A stretch of 41,457 nucleotides of DNA from a virus, in IMG/VR virus record IMGVR_UViG_3300045988_094226, positions 1-41,457 of that record. One strand, 5' to 3'. The notes below the pieces were generated by a model. The model was not told the origin of the DNA, ran no database searches, and saw only the letters and a program-made list of their open reading frames with translations. Shown one piece after another: positions 7,296-15,527 of the stretch; the stretch's first letter is position 1, and each line of letters starts with the position of its first letter. Position numbers and translations under genes: made by a program.

Positions 7296-7405
7296 ACAAC
7301 TTGAGGAGTACTCCTCAAATAAATTATGGACTTTGCGGCATGCCCGCACTACCGTAGAAAGACCTCGGCCTTGTATCATTTAGGTGCGAGGTCTTTCACG
7401 TTTCA
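7296..7405 (+). ncRNA. Candidate structured sRNA or int leader. It has a perfect 18-bp palindromic hairpin (7301-7318), a GCGGCATGCCCGC hairpin (7336-7348), and a terminator-like hairpin (7358-7396) with a T-rich tail
   Basis: Promoter directly upstream. No ORF. Three consecutive stem-loops between the MazF-like gene and int. Confidence 0.3.
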
Positions 7406-7464
7406 CTTCTTTTTAATCATAGATGATAACCTGTGACTGCTCTACACTATATTGAGGTGATCTT

Positions 7465-8541
7465 ATGAAACAATATAAAAGAGGTTCTTTAATCTACGAT
7501 AAACTCCATGACAGTTATCGTGCTTTTATCATGATCAACGGAAAAAGATATTCTAAGCGTTTTAAGAAAAAAGACGATGCTATGGATTGGATGTCACGGC
7601 AGAAAATAGCAGAGCGTGACGGTAATTTCGTTGAACCATCAGATATGCTTGTCGGTCAGTGGCTTTTGTATTTCCTTTCTACTTATAAAAAAGATACTGT
7701 CAGAGCCAGTACATACGAACGATATCTCTATCTTGCCGCAAAGATTGAGCCTATTTCAAAAATCCCTCTCCAGTCTTGTACCGTGTCTCATGTACAAGAA
7801 TTGTTAAATAGTTTAACTCCGGACTGTTCCCGTAAAGTTCATGTTCTTTTACATGCTGCATTTCAGCAAGCTGTAGATCTAAGTATTATCCATAATAATA
7901 TCGTCCGTCTTTCAAAAGCCAAAAAGATTGTCCGTGATGAACCCGGCATATTTAACAAAAATGAAATTAACAAAATTCTTTCTTACGCAAAAGATAAAAT
8001 CTCCGCTTTCTATCCCATTTTCCTTTTAGCGGCTCATACCGGCATGCGGAGAGGTGAAGTGCTTGGTTTGCGTTGGAAAGACGTAAATTTGAAGAATAGC
8101 ACCGTTACCATCCGCCAGCAATTGCAGCGTGTCGGCAGTGACATTACATTTCAGCCTCCGAAAACAAAATCAGGAAAAAGAAAAATCTCAATCCCCGCTA
8201 CGGTCACCGCTGCACTGCAGGAATTGAGAAATAACGAAAAGACAATAGATATCAAGCAAGAGACGCTTGTTTTCAGAAATGCAAATAATAACCCTATCCG
8301 CCCTGAGGCGTTGGAGCGTGCATGGAAGAAAGCAATTACACAATGCGAACTGCCTTATAGAAATTTCCATTGTTTGCGGCATACCCACGCCACTTTATTA
8401 TTAGCCGCCGGTATTCCGATCATTGAAGTGTCCCGCCGGTTAGGTCATGCGAGAGTAAGCCACACATTAGATCTGTATGGCCATGCTATCCCAAGTTTTG
8501 ATGATCGGATTATAGAAAAAATTAATCAGATTTATGGTTAA
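7465..8541 (+). CDS. int: Tyrosine site-specific integrase
   Basis: Phage integrase C-terminal motifs including RHTHATLLLAAG, HARVSHT and LDLYGH (R..H..Y). Adjacent to attP. Confidence 0.9.
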   Translation: MKQYKRGSLIYDKLHDSYRAFIMINGKRYSKRFKKKDDAMDWMSRQKIAERDGNFVEPSDMLVGQWLLYFLSTYKKDTVRASTYERYLYLAAKIEPISKIPLQSCTVSHVQELLNSLTPDCSRKVHVLLHAAFQQAVDLSIIHNNIVRLSKAKKIVRDEPGIFNKNEINKILSYAKDKISAFYPIFLLAAHTGMRRGEVLGLRWKDVNLKNSTVTIRQQLQRVGSDITFQPPKTKSGKRKISIPATVTAALQELRNNEKTIDIKQETLVFRNANNNPIRPEALERAWKKAITQCELPYRNFHCLRHTHATLLLAAGIPIIEVSRRLGHARVSHTLDLYGHAIPSFDDRIIEKINQIYG

Positions 8542-8840
8542 AAAGTGGAGCAGTTTGTGGAGCAATCTCACCCATATTTTGCTCCACTTTGCCATTTTTA
8601 GCCCTTTTTAGCCTCACAAATAAATCCGCCAGACTATTGATTTTATCGATTAAATCACGCTTTTTAAAAATAATTCTTCCCATATAAAACAGAACTCCGG
8701 AACCAGGTGCGAGGGTTCGAATCCCTCTAGGCGCTCCATTTATTTTTATCAGTATTTATAGGACATTTTCAAATACATACTCATCAATAAACATCAGAAA
8801 ACAAAGAAAGTGGAGCAGTTTGTGGAGCAGTTTACATCAA
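8542..8840. mobile_element. attP region. A tRNA 3'-end fragment (T-arm GGTTCGAATCC plus acceptor and CCA) forms the core, flanked by arm-type repeats GTGGAGCA (8545, 8558, 8810, 8822 direct; 8580 inverted)
   Basis: Read directly. Only the 3' about 45 nt of a tRNA are present (8693-8738). Repeats are positioned symmetrically around it, immediately downstream of int. Confidence 0.65.
8693..8738 (+). tRNA. Partial tRNA (3' portion only: T-stem/loop GAGGGTTCGAATCCCTC, acceptor 3' strand, discriminator, CCA). A phage-borne copy that would reconstitute the host tRNA after integration
   Basis: Canonical T-loop and CCA end. No matching 5' acceptor strand (GCGCCTA) upstream, so this is not a complete gene. 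Confidence 0.55.
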
Positions 8841-8884
8841 GAAAAGAAATGACATAGATTATCTTGACACTATTTCTTTTCTTT

Positions 8885-9607
8885 TTATATTGCATCTAAT
8901 AAACGACGGTGAGCAACTTCTATATTCCCTGGATCTTTCTCTATCCCAATGTATTTTCTATTACAATGTTTAGCCGCGACTAGTGTCGTTCCGCTCCCGG
9001 CAAATGGGTCTAATATCAGGCTTCCATCTGGTACTATTTTTACTAATTGCTCCATCAGCGGTGTCGGTTTACCTGTTAAATGGAATTTATCTGTTAATTT
9101 TACAGGGAAATGATAACATCCGGGATATGGGCCATCGTGAATAGCTTTGTGACATTTCCCTTTTGTTCCCCATGCTATATATTCACATTGGTGACGAAAA
9201 TATCCCTTGTGTGGTGCCCTCGCGCTATTACCTTTATCCCATGAAATAATTCCCCGCCATATTAACTCGCCGATTTGTAATACATCAGTTGCTGCAGGAA
9301 GCTGCCGCCAGTCCGTAAACATCAAGAAGTATCCGTTCGGTTTTAAAATTCTTTGACATTCGGATATCCATAAATTACACCAATGCATCCAACTTCGCTG
9401 ATCTTTTGTGTCACCCCAGAATGTCGGTCGATGAATTATTTTATTTCCGCTTTGCTCATATTTTTTTACTGGATCTTTTTGTCGCTCCGCCATTGTTGCA
9501 CCGCCGGAACTGTACGGCGGATCTGTAATCACCGCGTCCACTGAACAATCATCAAATGTTTTTAATATTGGTAAGCAATCTCCGCAGTATATTTTGTTGA
9601 TTTCCAT
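8885..9607 (-). CDS. N6-adenine/N4-cytosine DNA methyltransferase (beta class)
   Basis: DPPY catalytic motif (ITDPPYSSGG) before the C-terminal FAGSGTT AdoMet motif. Start trimmed to MEINKIY with RBS GGAGGG. Confidence 0.8.
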   Translation of the reverse strand: MEINKIYCGDCLPILKTFDDCSVDAVITDPPYSSGGATMAERQKDPVKKYEQSGNKIIHRPTFWGDTKDQRSWMHWCNLWISECQRILKPNGYFLMFTDWRQLPAATDVLQIGELIWRGIISWDKGNSARAPHKGYFRHQCEYIAWGTKGKCHKAIHDGPYPGCYHFPVKLTDKFHLTGKPTPLMEQLVKIVPDGSLILDPFAGSGTTLVAAKHCNRKYIGIEKDPGNIEVAHRRLLDAI

Positions 9608-9675
9608 TGTATCCCTCCTTATTTTTATTGTAGAACTAACGTTCTGTTTTCGCAATAAAAACTTAGAGTACATAC

Positions 9676-9712
9676 TCCCGAAATTTAAAAAGAGCGATAT
9701 CATTATCGCTCT
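9676..9712 (-). terminator. Intrinsic terminator after the 256-aa gene
   Basis: 9-bp stem AGAGCGATA/TATCGCTCT followed by T5 on the minus strand. Confidence 0.5.
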
Positions 9713-9718
9713 TTTGTT

Positions 9719-10489
9719 TTATAGCTCACTTCTTTTTATAGAACGTGTGCTGCAGCCGATCGCTCCAACGATATCTTTTGTTACAGATAATTTATATTTT
9801 ACTTCCGCATAATCGTCAATGTCTTCATAATATTTCACCACGAAGATTTCATTTCCATTCTGCTTTGCGCTTTTTGCATTTTTAATAGATTTTACAAAGT
9901 ATTCTGCGTAGTCGTCTAAACCTTTAAACCTCCCGTTATTTTCTTCTACAGTCCAGTCTGTACCTTCTCCGTTTACTGTGATATCCCCCATGTCGATTTC
10001 TTCGACTTGCACATGAATCCTGTCAGAAGTCTTGTATATGCTAATTCTGACTAATCCGTATGTTTCTATTTCTTTTAAATCATTTAGATCGTTTCCGCTG
10101 CCGATAAGAACAGTTTCACCGATCATCGATTTCTTTACTGGATAATTAGCGGGCGGTTCGGTGCTCACATAAACCTTGAATCTTGTTCTAAATCTATCAT
10201 CGACAAGCTCCACCCTTTCATTCAATCCGGGTTTCAATGCGGTAGCGACGGCGATCACTCCGTTCGGGCTCCCCTCGATATTGAACAAAATACCTTTTTT
10301 AACGTCTTGCATTCCATACAATTTAAACATTTTATTCCTCCTTGACTCATTTAAAACTTTTTTGACTTTTAATAATTCCTCATCGGTCATATTAATAGAT
10401 CGGCTTCGGGCACCCGGCGGCAGTGTTCTTTTAGCGCCGGACCCTTTACGACGCCCGCCCCAGCCTGTTTTATTTTCTTTCATCCTCAT
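9719..10489 (-). CDS. Hypothetical protein with a basic N-terminus GWGGRRKGSGAKR (possible DNA-binding moron)
   Basis: ORF track. ATGA coupling to the upstream gene. Confidence 0.4.
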   Translation of the reverse strand: MRMKENKTGWGGRRKGSGAKRTLPPGARSRSINMTDEELLKVKKVLNESRRNKMFKLYGMQDVKKGILFNIEGSPNGVIAVATALKPGLNERVELVDDRFRTRFKVYVSTEPPANYPVKKSMIGETVLIGSGNDLNDLKEIETYGLVRISIYKTSDRIHVQVEEIDMGDITVNGEGTDWTVEENNGRFKGLDDYAEYFVKSIKNAKSAKQNGNEIFVVKYYEDIDDYAEVKYKLSVTKDIVGAIGCSTRSIKRSEL

Positions 10490-10818
10490 TCTCCTTTTTT
10501 GTTTTCAGTATATTCCTCAAGCAGATATTTATACTGTCTTATGCTGTCTTCGAGGTCGGTATTTCCGCACTGTTCTTTCATATCTTCAATGGCGTCTTGA
10601 TCATCAATTTCTTCTTCCATTTCATCGCAGCGTTCTTGCATCGCAATGAGGTTTTTCCACCAGTTATACTCATCTTCCCTCATTTCATAGGCGTCAACCT
10701 CATCATTGTACGCCGGCATCGGGCCGAATCCTACCAAGTCTTCTGTGATGTCAAGTCCGTTTTTTCGATAATTGAGATCCTTAATTTCGTTATTTCTGTC
10801 CGTAATTGCAATTTTCAT
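10486..10818 (-). CDS. Highly acidic small protein (110 aa, about one third Asp/Glu). Candidate DNA-mimic anti-restriction protein
   Basis: Composition read from the translation. Located in the att-proximal moron region next to an orphan MTase. Confidence 0.35.
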   Translation of the reverse strand: MKIAITDRNNEIKDLNYRKNGLDITEDLVGFGPMPAYNDEVDAYEMREDEYNWWKNLIAMQERCDEMEEEIDDQDAIEDMKEQCGNTDLEDSIRQYKYLLEEYTENKKGE

Positions 10819-10835
10819 TTTTTATGCCTCCTTTT

Positions 10836-11036
10836 TTAGTACAAATCGTCTGTTGTCATGTTCCACAAATCCGTATCTGTGGTTTCTTCGTCGGCATTTA
10901 CTATGCCGCAGCGGGTGTATCTGTTCCCGCTTAACTCGTACATCTCATATCCTTGGTCTACTCTTTCAAATTTTATTGTCCGGTTTCCGTCCGTTAAAAT
11001 TCTTCCGCCTTCTTCGATTCCGATGTTTCTAATCAT
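10836..11036 (-). CDS. Hypothetical protein
   Basis: ORF track, 66 aa. Confidence 0.3.
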   Translation of the reverse strand: MIRNIGIEEGGRILTDGNRTIKFERVDQGYEMYELSGNRYTRCGIVNADEETTDTDLWNMTTDDLY

Positions 11037-11283
11037 TTTGTTTTCCTCCTTAGTGGTTTTAAATAATCTGTGGGGGTGTTCCCCTTTCTTGATTATATAT
11101 TATAATATCATGTTTGATTTGTCAATATCTTTTCAAGTGTTTTGTTATAATTATTTTTTATATCATGCAACAGAAAAAGAACAAGGATTTCTCCCTGCTC
11201 CTTTTCCTTTTTCAGATTATTTAAACCCACAGAGGTTTCCCTCTGACGTCTATATAATACCACTATAAATTAATTCACGCAAT

Positions 11284-11310
11284 AAAAAAAGAGGGCGGTT
11301 TCCCGCCCCG
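11284..11310 (-). terminator. Strong intrinsic terminator ending the lysis cassette
   Basis: GGGCGG-GAAA-CCGCCC followed by T7 on the minus strand. Confidence 0.65.
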
Positions 11311-11796
11311 TTAATTACTTAATCTGTCTACCAGCCAGCCTGTTGCCACTGCTCCTGCGATGTATGACCAGAGGTTTCTTTGCCGCTTAGCAATTTTCAA
11401 ATCATGTGTTAATTCATCAATTTTCTTCGTCAATTTGTCTAAAGATGTCTGCAGCTTCAGCAAGTTCTCTTCTGCTGTCTTTAATGATATCTCTGCACTC
11501 TGCAATTGTTCTTGCGTTCTCATCAATTCTTTTCTGCACTCTGTCAGCTGATTCTGTAGCTCGGTCAACTCTTGAGATGCTTCGGTCGAGTTGCTCTCCA
11601 GCTGATTTAATTTGCTTTCCAGCTGATCTAACCGCATCTGCTGATTGCTTGCTGTACTCTTGAGTATCTCGTACTGCGTCCTTTGCATCGTTACCGTTTC
11701 GGCTGGTGCCTGTGCATACGAGATATATGAACAAGGCGACAACCACAGCGACAGCAAGACCGCCGATAAAATAGGCCCTTTTTTGATTTTCCACAT
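11311..11796 (-). CDS. Secreted or membrane coiled-coil protein (signal peptide, long heptad coiled coil, C-terminal hydrophobic segment)
   Basis: ATG with GGAGG RBS (5-nt spacer). KIKKGPILSAVLLSLWLSPCSYISYAQA signal-like N-terminus. Confidence 0.45.
   Translation of the reverse strand: MWKIKKGPILSAVLLSLWLSPCSYISYAQAPAETVTMQRTQYEILKSTASNQQMRLDQLESKLNQLESNSTEASQELTELQNQLTECRKELMRTQEQLQSAEISLKTAEENLLKLQTSLDKLTKKIDELTHDLKIAKRQRNLWSYIAGAVATGWLVDRLSN
11417..11794 (-). CDS. Alternative-frame ORF fully embedded in the previous one. Type II membrane-anchor plus coiled-coil protein (i-spanin-like topology), possibly a real overlapping gene
   Basis: GTG start 2 nt after the ATG of the other frame, sharing the same RBS. 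N-terminal TM YFIGGLAVAVVVALFIYLVC, then an Ala/Arg/Asp-rich coiled coil. 125 codons open in a second frame. Confidence 0.25.
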   Translation of the reverse strand: MENQKRAYFIGGLAVAVVVALFIYLVCTGTSRNGNDAKDAVRDTQEYSKQSADAVRSAGKQIKSAGEQLDRSISRVDRATESADRVQKRIDENARTIAECRDIIKDSRRELAEAADIFRQIDEEN

Positions 11797-12366
11797 TTAT
11801 ACCTCCAAGCTCATTACATATTCATAAGTAGCAGTGGCTCTATTTGCGTAACCCTCTGCGTATTCTTCACAGCATGCTGCGTAGGCATACTGTTCCATGA
11901 AAAGTTCATAAATTACATTGATGTCCCGCAGGTCATATCCTCTTTCTTGTCTTCGCATTAAGAAGTTTCTTACCACTGTTTCAGATGTCGGGCACCACAT
12001 ACCTGCGTAGATTGTGCATTTTGTGTTATCAAGATCCGGGACTTCCCAGAGTGTTTCTACATAGTCTTCACAGTCTTCAGCAAGCATATCGAGCTGTGCT
12101 TGCTGTCCTTCATCACTCATCAAGAGTTCTTTTAGCGCCCAGAGATCGCCGGAACATCTCAAATCAGAGTAACTGCGGTAAGCATAATGCGCTCCGCCGG
12201 AAATGTTTTCTAATAACCTGTTCGCCCTTTCTCCTTCCCATTGGCTTACGCCAATTGATGGATAGTCTCCAGCGGTGGAACAAGAGACGGAACCGTAGTC
12301 CCCTTCAATCCCTGTCTCAATTATTCCTTTCGCTATCGCTATTGCCAGTTCTTCTTTCGTCATTTT
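11797..12366 (-). CDS. Putative endolysin, lysozyme-like/SLT-type transglycosylase
   Basis: AIAIAKGIIETG...GDYPSIGVSQWEG resembles the SLT catalytic E-S/T and GLMQ-like motif. Position after the holin. Start trimmed to MTKEEL (RBS AGGAG). Confidence 0.4.
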   Translation of the reverse strand, partial: KMTKEELAIAIAKGIIETGIEGDYGSVSCSTAGDYPSIGVSQWEGERANRLLENISGGAHYAYRSYSDLRCSGDLWALKELLMSDEGQQAQLDMLAEDCEDYVETLWEVPDLDNTKCTIYAGMWCPTSETVVRNFLMRRQERGYDLRDINVIYELFMEQYAYAACCEEYAEGYANRATATYEYVMSLEV

Positions 12367-12694
12367 TTTCTCCTTTCGCAAAAAAGAACGGTGGTTTCCC
12401 ATCGTCCTTTTCGAAAACATCCGGTATTTTATTGTTGTCTTTGTCCACAAACATCTTCCCGATTCCGACTATGCCACCGACTGCCCCCGCAGATAAAAGC
12501 ATTGTGATGAAAAGTCTTAGTTCTGGCTCATTTCCTTTTCCCGTGATCAGCCAGTCGGCTATTGTCATAAGGATATAAAGAAGAATACAGAAAATGCAGA
12601 TAACCGCATAGAGTATCGCCCAGTATAACAGTGGTGCGTTTAATTTTCTGAAGTAGCTTTTTGCTTTTCTCCAGAGTGATTTTAATTTTTTCAT
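12317..12694 (-). CDS. Holin (2-3 TM helices, charged C-terminus)
   Basis: Hydrophobic segments LLYWAILYAVICIFCILLYILMTIADWLI and ITMLLSAGAVGGIVGIG. Lysis-cassette position. Confidence 0.55.
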   Translation of the reverse strand: MKKLKSLWRKAKSYFRKLNAPLLYWAILYAVICIFCILLYILMTIADWLITGKGNEPELRLFITMLLSAGAVGGIVGIGKMFVDKDNNKIPDVFEKDDGKPPFFFAKGEKNDERRTGNSDSERNN

Positions 12695-12695
12695 A

Positions 12696-12941
12696 TCACA
12701 CCGCCCTTCCGATTAATGCAATGACCACCGAAATAATAGTTGAGATCAAGCCAGCCACTTTATAGATGTTGTCAATTCTGTTGTGAGCCGATGCTGCGTT
12801 TTGTTCCGAGCGCGCCTGTGCAATTTGCAGTGCTGTAATTTCCGGGAGCATTTTAACAAGCATATCAAGTTTTTCTTCCATTTTTGCCATCCGTTCCACA
12901 AATTGCATTGTTATTTTTTCGCCTTCATTTCTTTCCATCAT
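12696..12941 (-). CDS. XhlA-like phage haemolysin/lysis-associated membrane protein
   Basis: 81 aa with an N-terminal coiled coil and a C-terminal TM helix (VAGLISTIISVVIALIG), as in PBSX XhlA. Confidence 0.5.
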   Translation of the reverse strand: MMERNEGEKITMQFVERMAKMEEKLDMLVKMLPEITALQIAQARSEQNAASAHNRIDNIYKVAGLISTIISVVIALIGRAV

Positions 12942-12952
12942 GCACCGCCTCC

Positions 12953-13513
12953 TTATTCATTCGTAAAATCAGAAATAAACTCAAACATACAACTCCCTGT
13001 TTTCAGCATGGAGTTCGGATACATTCCGATTTTACCGTCAGCCGTATACATGCGTGATAAATTGACAAAACCGCCAGAGAGCTCTACATACGCGCCGTAT
13101 CCTTTTTCTTCTTTCGTCAGCACATCGCAGTACATCATCGGATACGTAAGTAATTCATGCTTAACGAATTTAGATTGCAGGTATTTATCAAAGTAAGCCG
13201 TGGCAATGCCGATCGAATTATTGTAAAAATTCAGCCATCTAAACTCTGTTGTATTAGTACCTGTATCAATGCACGAGCATTGCACGGTAAACTTTACACG
13301 CCGATATCCTTCTTCTGTATAACCTACGATTTCGGCAACAACGGTACCGATATGCTGCGTCACAAATCCGATATCCCCTAAAAATTTCTTATTTACGATT
13401 CCGGTTGCTCTGGCTTTCATTCTTTTGTCTACTATTCTGAATTTCGCGCTTCCATCTGTTATTTCCCGCATTTTGTTTACTCCTTTCAATCGTTTGTTAA
13501 ATATACTAAACAC
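12953..13513 (-). CDS. Hypothetical structural protein
   Basis: ORF track, 186 aa. Confidence 0.35.
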   Translation of the reverse strand: MFSIFNKRLKGVNKMREITDGSAKFRIVDKRMKARATGIVNKKFLGDIGFVTQHIGTVVAEIVGYTEEGYRRVKFTVQCSCIDTGTNTTEFRWLNFYNNSIGIATAYFDKYLQSKFVKHELLTYPMMYCDVLTKEEKGYGAYVELSGGFVNLSRMYTADGKIGMYPNSMLKTGSCMFEFISDFTNE

Positions 13514-14574
13514 GCAACAGATTCATGTCCTGGCGATGTAGTATATTCATCCGTATAACTGAGATATAGTTTACCATCTGTATTTATTGTCAATCGTACA
13601 GCTTTACCGTTGCTGTTGTTTATAGGGGCATAAAATTCAAGATTTATAAATGATTCTGGTAGCCCCGATGCAATTTCAATGAGACCTTCCTTTGCACCTT
13701 TCATTCGTACAAAAAGATGCACTATGTTTTTTATTTTTACACATGATAAATTTTCGATATATTGTGGGTCTATAGTCGCATTAATTGTTTCCATCTGTCC
13801 GTAATTATCAAATTTTTCATCAACATATTCTTTTGCAGTTACAGTTTTAACTGTCCACTTCACGCTTCCGTCATTAACTTCTACCCCCCCCGATACGGTT
13901 GACATATTAGGTTCGGTGGCTGCTGTTGTGCCTGCTTGCGTGCATTCAAGATATGCCCATGATGGTAGTTTAGATGAATAGACAATATCGCCGACTTTAT
14001 ATGCTTTCTTGCGTTGCAGTCGATTAACAAACGACGCCGTGGATTCTAAGTCCGTCTGCTCCGCCTTTTTGTCTACTTTTGTTGATACCGCCGCTAAATC
14101 TGTTTGATTCGCTTTCTTTCCAATTTGATTAGAGACCGTTGTTGCGAAATTCGGGTCATTACCAAGCGCGGTTGCCAGTTCATTAAGCGTATCAAGAGTT
14201 TCCGGTGCGGCTCCGACAAGTCCAGATACTGTGTTTTGCACAAACTCTGTATTTGCGATTGTTTTAGAATTGTCACCTGTCGGTGCTGTTGGTGCTGCAC
14301 TCGTACCCGTTACCGCTAATGACTTTGCTTTGACCGTATCAGCATTGACTAAATTAAGGTCACTCGTACCCGTTACCGCTAATGACTTTGCTTTGAAATC
14401 TTTATCATCTGCCGCGCCTTGTTTGTATAGATATTCGATATCGTTCGCGAAATAATCGAATATGCCATCGTTCCCTTTTGTACAGAACGGTGTATTTTTC
14501 CCGAATGCTCCGGGCTGTATGATGTTGTCGTTTTCATCTCTTATTTCCGGATGTTGAAATGTCTGCGGTTTCAT
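13486..14574 (-). CDS. Tail fibre protein with an internal tandem repeat
   Basis: TIANTEFVQNTV phage tail-fibre repeat motif. Duplicated KAKSLAVTGTS segments are encoded by a 36-nt repeat at 14299-14334 and 14353-14388. Confidence 0.6.
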   Translation of the reverse strand: MKPQTFQHPEIRDENDNIIQPGAFGKNTPFCTKGNDGIFDYFANDIEYLYKQGAADDKDFKAKSLAVTGTSDLNLVNADTVKAKSLAVTGTSAAPTAPTGDNSKTIANTEFVQNTVSGLVGAAPETLDTLNELATALGNDPNFATTVSNQIGKKANQTDLAAVSTKVDKKAEQTDLESTASFVNRLQRKKAYKVGDIVYSSKLPSWAYLECTQAGTTAATEPNMSTVSGGVEVNDGSVKWTVKTVTAKEYVDEKFDNYGQMETINATIDPQYIENLSCVKIKNIVHLFVRMKGAKEGLIEIASGLPESFINLEFYAPINNSNGKAVRLTINTDGKLYLSYTDEYTTSPGHESVACLVYLTND

Positions 14575-14798
14575 TTAGATACCTCGGTTTCTTCTGGTGC
14601 TTCGACCGTTTCAAGTTCTGCTTTTTTAATTTCAAGAGTGACAGTATCGCCGTAGTTCAGTTCATTGGTTTCTTCTTGCGACGTTGTCTGTATCGTCAGC
14701 ATTTCGCCTGTCTCGGGATTGTGAAAACTAAATGTAGTCAAAACCCCGTCATTTTGCGGATAGGACACTTTGCCGTTTACGATGTAGTTTCTTTTCAT
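14571..14798 (-). CDS. Small hypothetical protein
   Basis: ORF track, 75 aa. Confidence 0.35.
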   Translation of the reverse strand: MKRNYIVNGKVSYPQNDGVLTTFSFHNPETGEMLTIQTTSQEETNELNYGDTVTLEIKKAELETVEAPEETEVSK

Positions 14799-14812
14799 GA
14801 TTTCTCTCCTTT

Positions 14813-15526
14813 TTAGTAATTTGTAACATCGATCACCATATAATTAAATGCATCATAATGATATGAATCGCCAGATCCGGGGAATCCCGTTGCATAGTAC
14901 ATAGATAACGTTCGTACCTGTACTTTCCCGTTGACAATCGCCGGGAAACTTACTTCCGTTATACTGCCGCCAAACTCTCCCTTTGTTTCTGTATAAGCTA
15001 TATCTGATCCGATCTGGCATATGGCATACTTATTTGTTGCCGACGGCAATGTATACCCTGTTGGTCCAAAATGTCTTACCCTCATATATTCTTTAGTGCT
15101 GTCAAATACGCAACATCCAACGCTGTTAAATACTTGTAAGCCGACTCCACTTTGTGCTGGTGTACTCGTGTCAAGGCCGAACACATAAGCATATACATCC
15201 GGGTATGCATTTCTAAAATCTTCAATATCTAATATTTCGTCATCGGTATCCTCATCTTCGCTGTACTCTACACCGCGAAACTCAATTCGTTTTGCCTCGT
15301 AGTCATAATCTTGAATTATCAACATATTGTTATTTGAAGTCATACCACCCACCGCAACGAGGATTTCATCTTTTGCGAGATCTAATACAGGCACATCTCT
15401 TCTCACAATTTCTACCGTTTTTAAATCTATCAATTTTATTTTTCGCTTAAGTACAAGATTCTTGTATGTCTGGTTAACAGTTAACTTATTATCGCCGTTA
15501 TATACTGTAATTCCCGCACTTGTCAT
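14813..15526 (-). CDS. Hypothetical tail-associated protein
   Basis: ORF track trimmed to MTSAG (start 1 nt after the upstream stop). Confidence 0.4.
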   Translation of the reverse strand: MTSAGITVYNGDNKLTVNQTYKNLVLKRKIKLIDLKTVEIVRRDVPVLDLAKDEILVAVGGMTSNNNMLIIQDYDYEAKRIEFRGVEYSEDEDTDDEILDIEDFRNAYPDVYAYVFGLDTSTPAQSGVGLQVFNSVGCCVFDSTKEYMRVRHFGPTGYTLPSATNKYAICQIGSDIAYTETKGEFGGSITEVSFPAIVNGKVQVRTLSMYYATGFPGSGDSYHYDAFNYMVIDVTNY

Positions 15527-15527
15527 G

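Noticed and set aside
7380-8725. Shared 10-mer AGGTGCGAGG between the int leader hairpin (7382-7391) and the tRNA-like core (8706-8715), as a possible second att remnant
   Set aside because: Identity does not extend beyond 10 nt, with no flanking similarity or repeats. Most likely chance.
8693-8738. A complete tRNA gene
   Set aside because: Only the T-arm, 3' acceptor strand and CCA are present. No complementary 5' acceptor strand (GCGCCTA) or D-arm exists upstream. Interpreted as an attP core fragment.
11037-11283. Sigma-70-like promoters in the 250-bp AT-rich gap (TTGTCA...TATAAT on the plus strand; TTGACA-15-TATAAT on the minus strand)
   Set aside because: Spacers are 21 and 15 nt. These could be a weak promoter for the downstream moron genes, but the match is too poor to call. 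Distant inverted repeats (CTGTGGG...CCCACAG) were noted but are unexplained.
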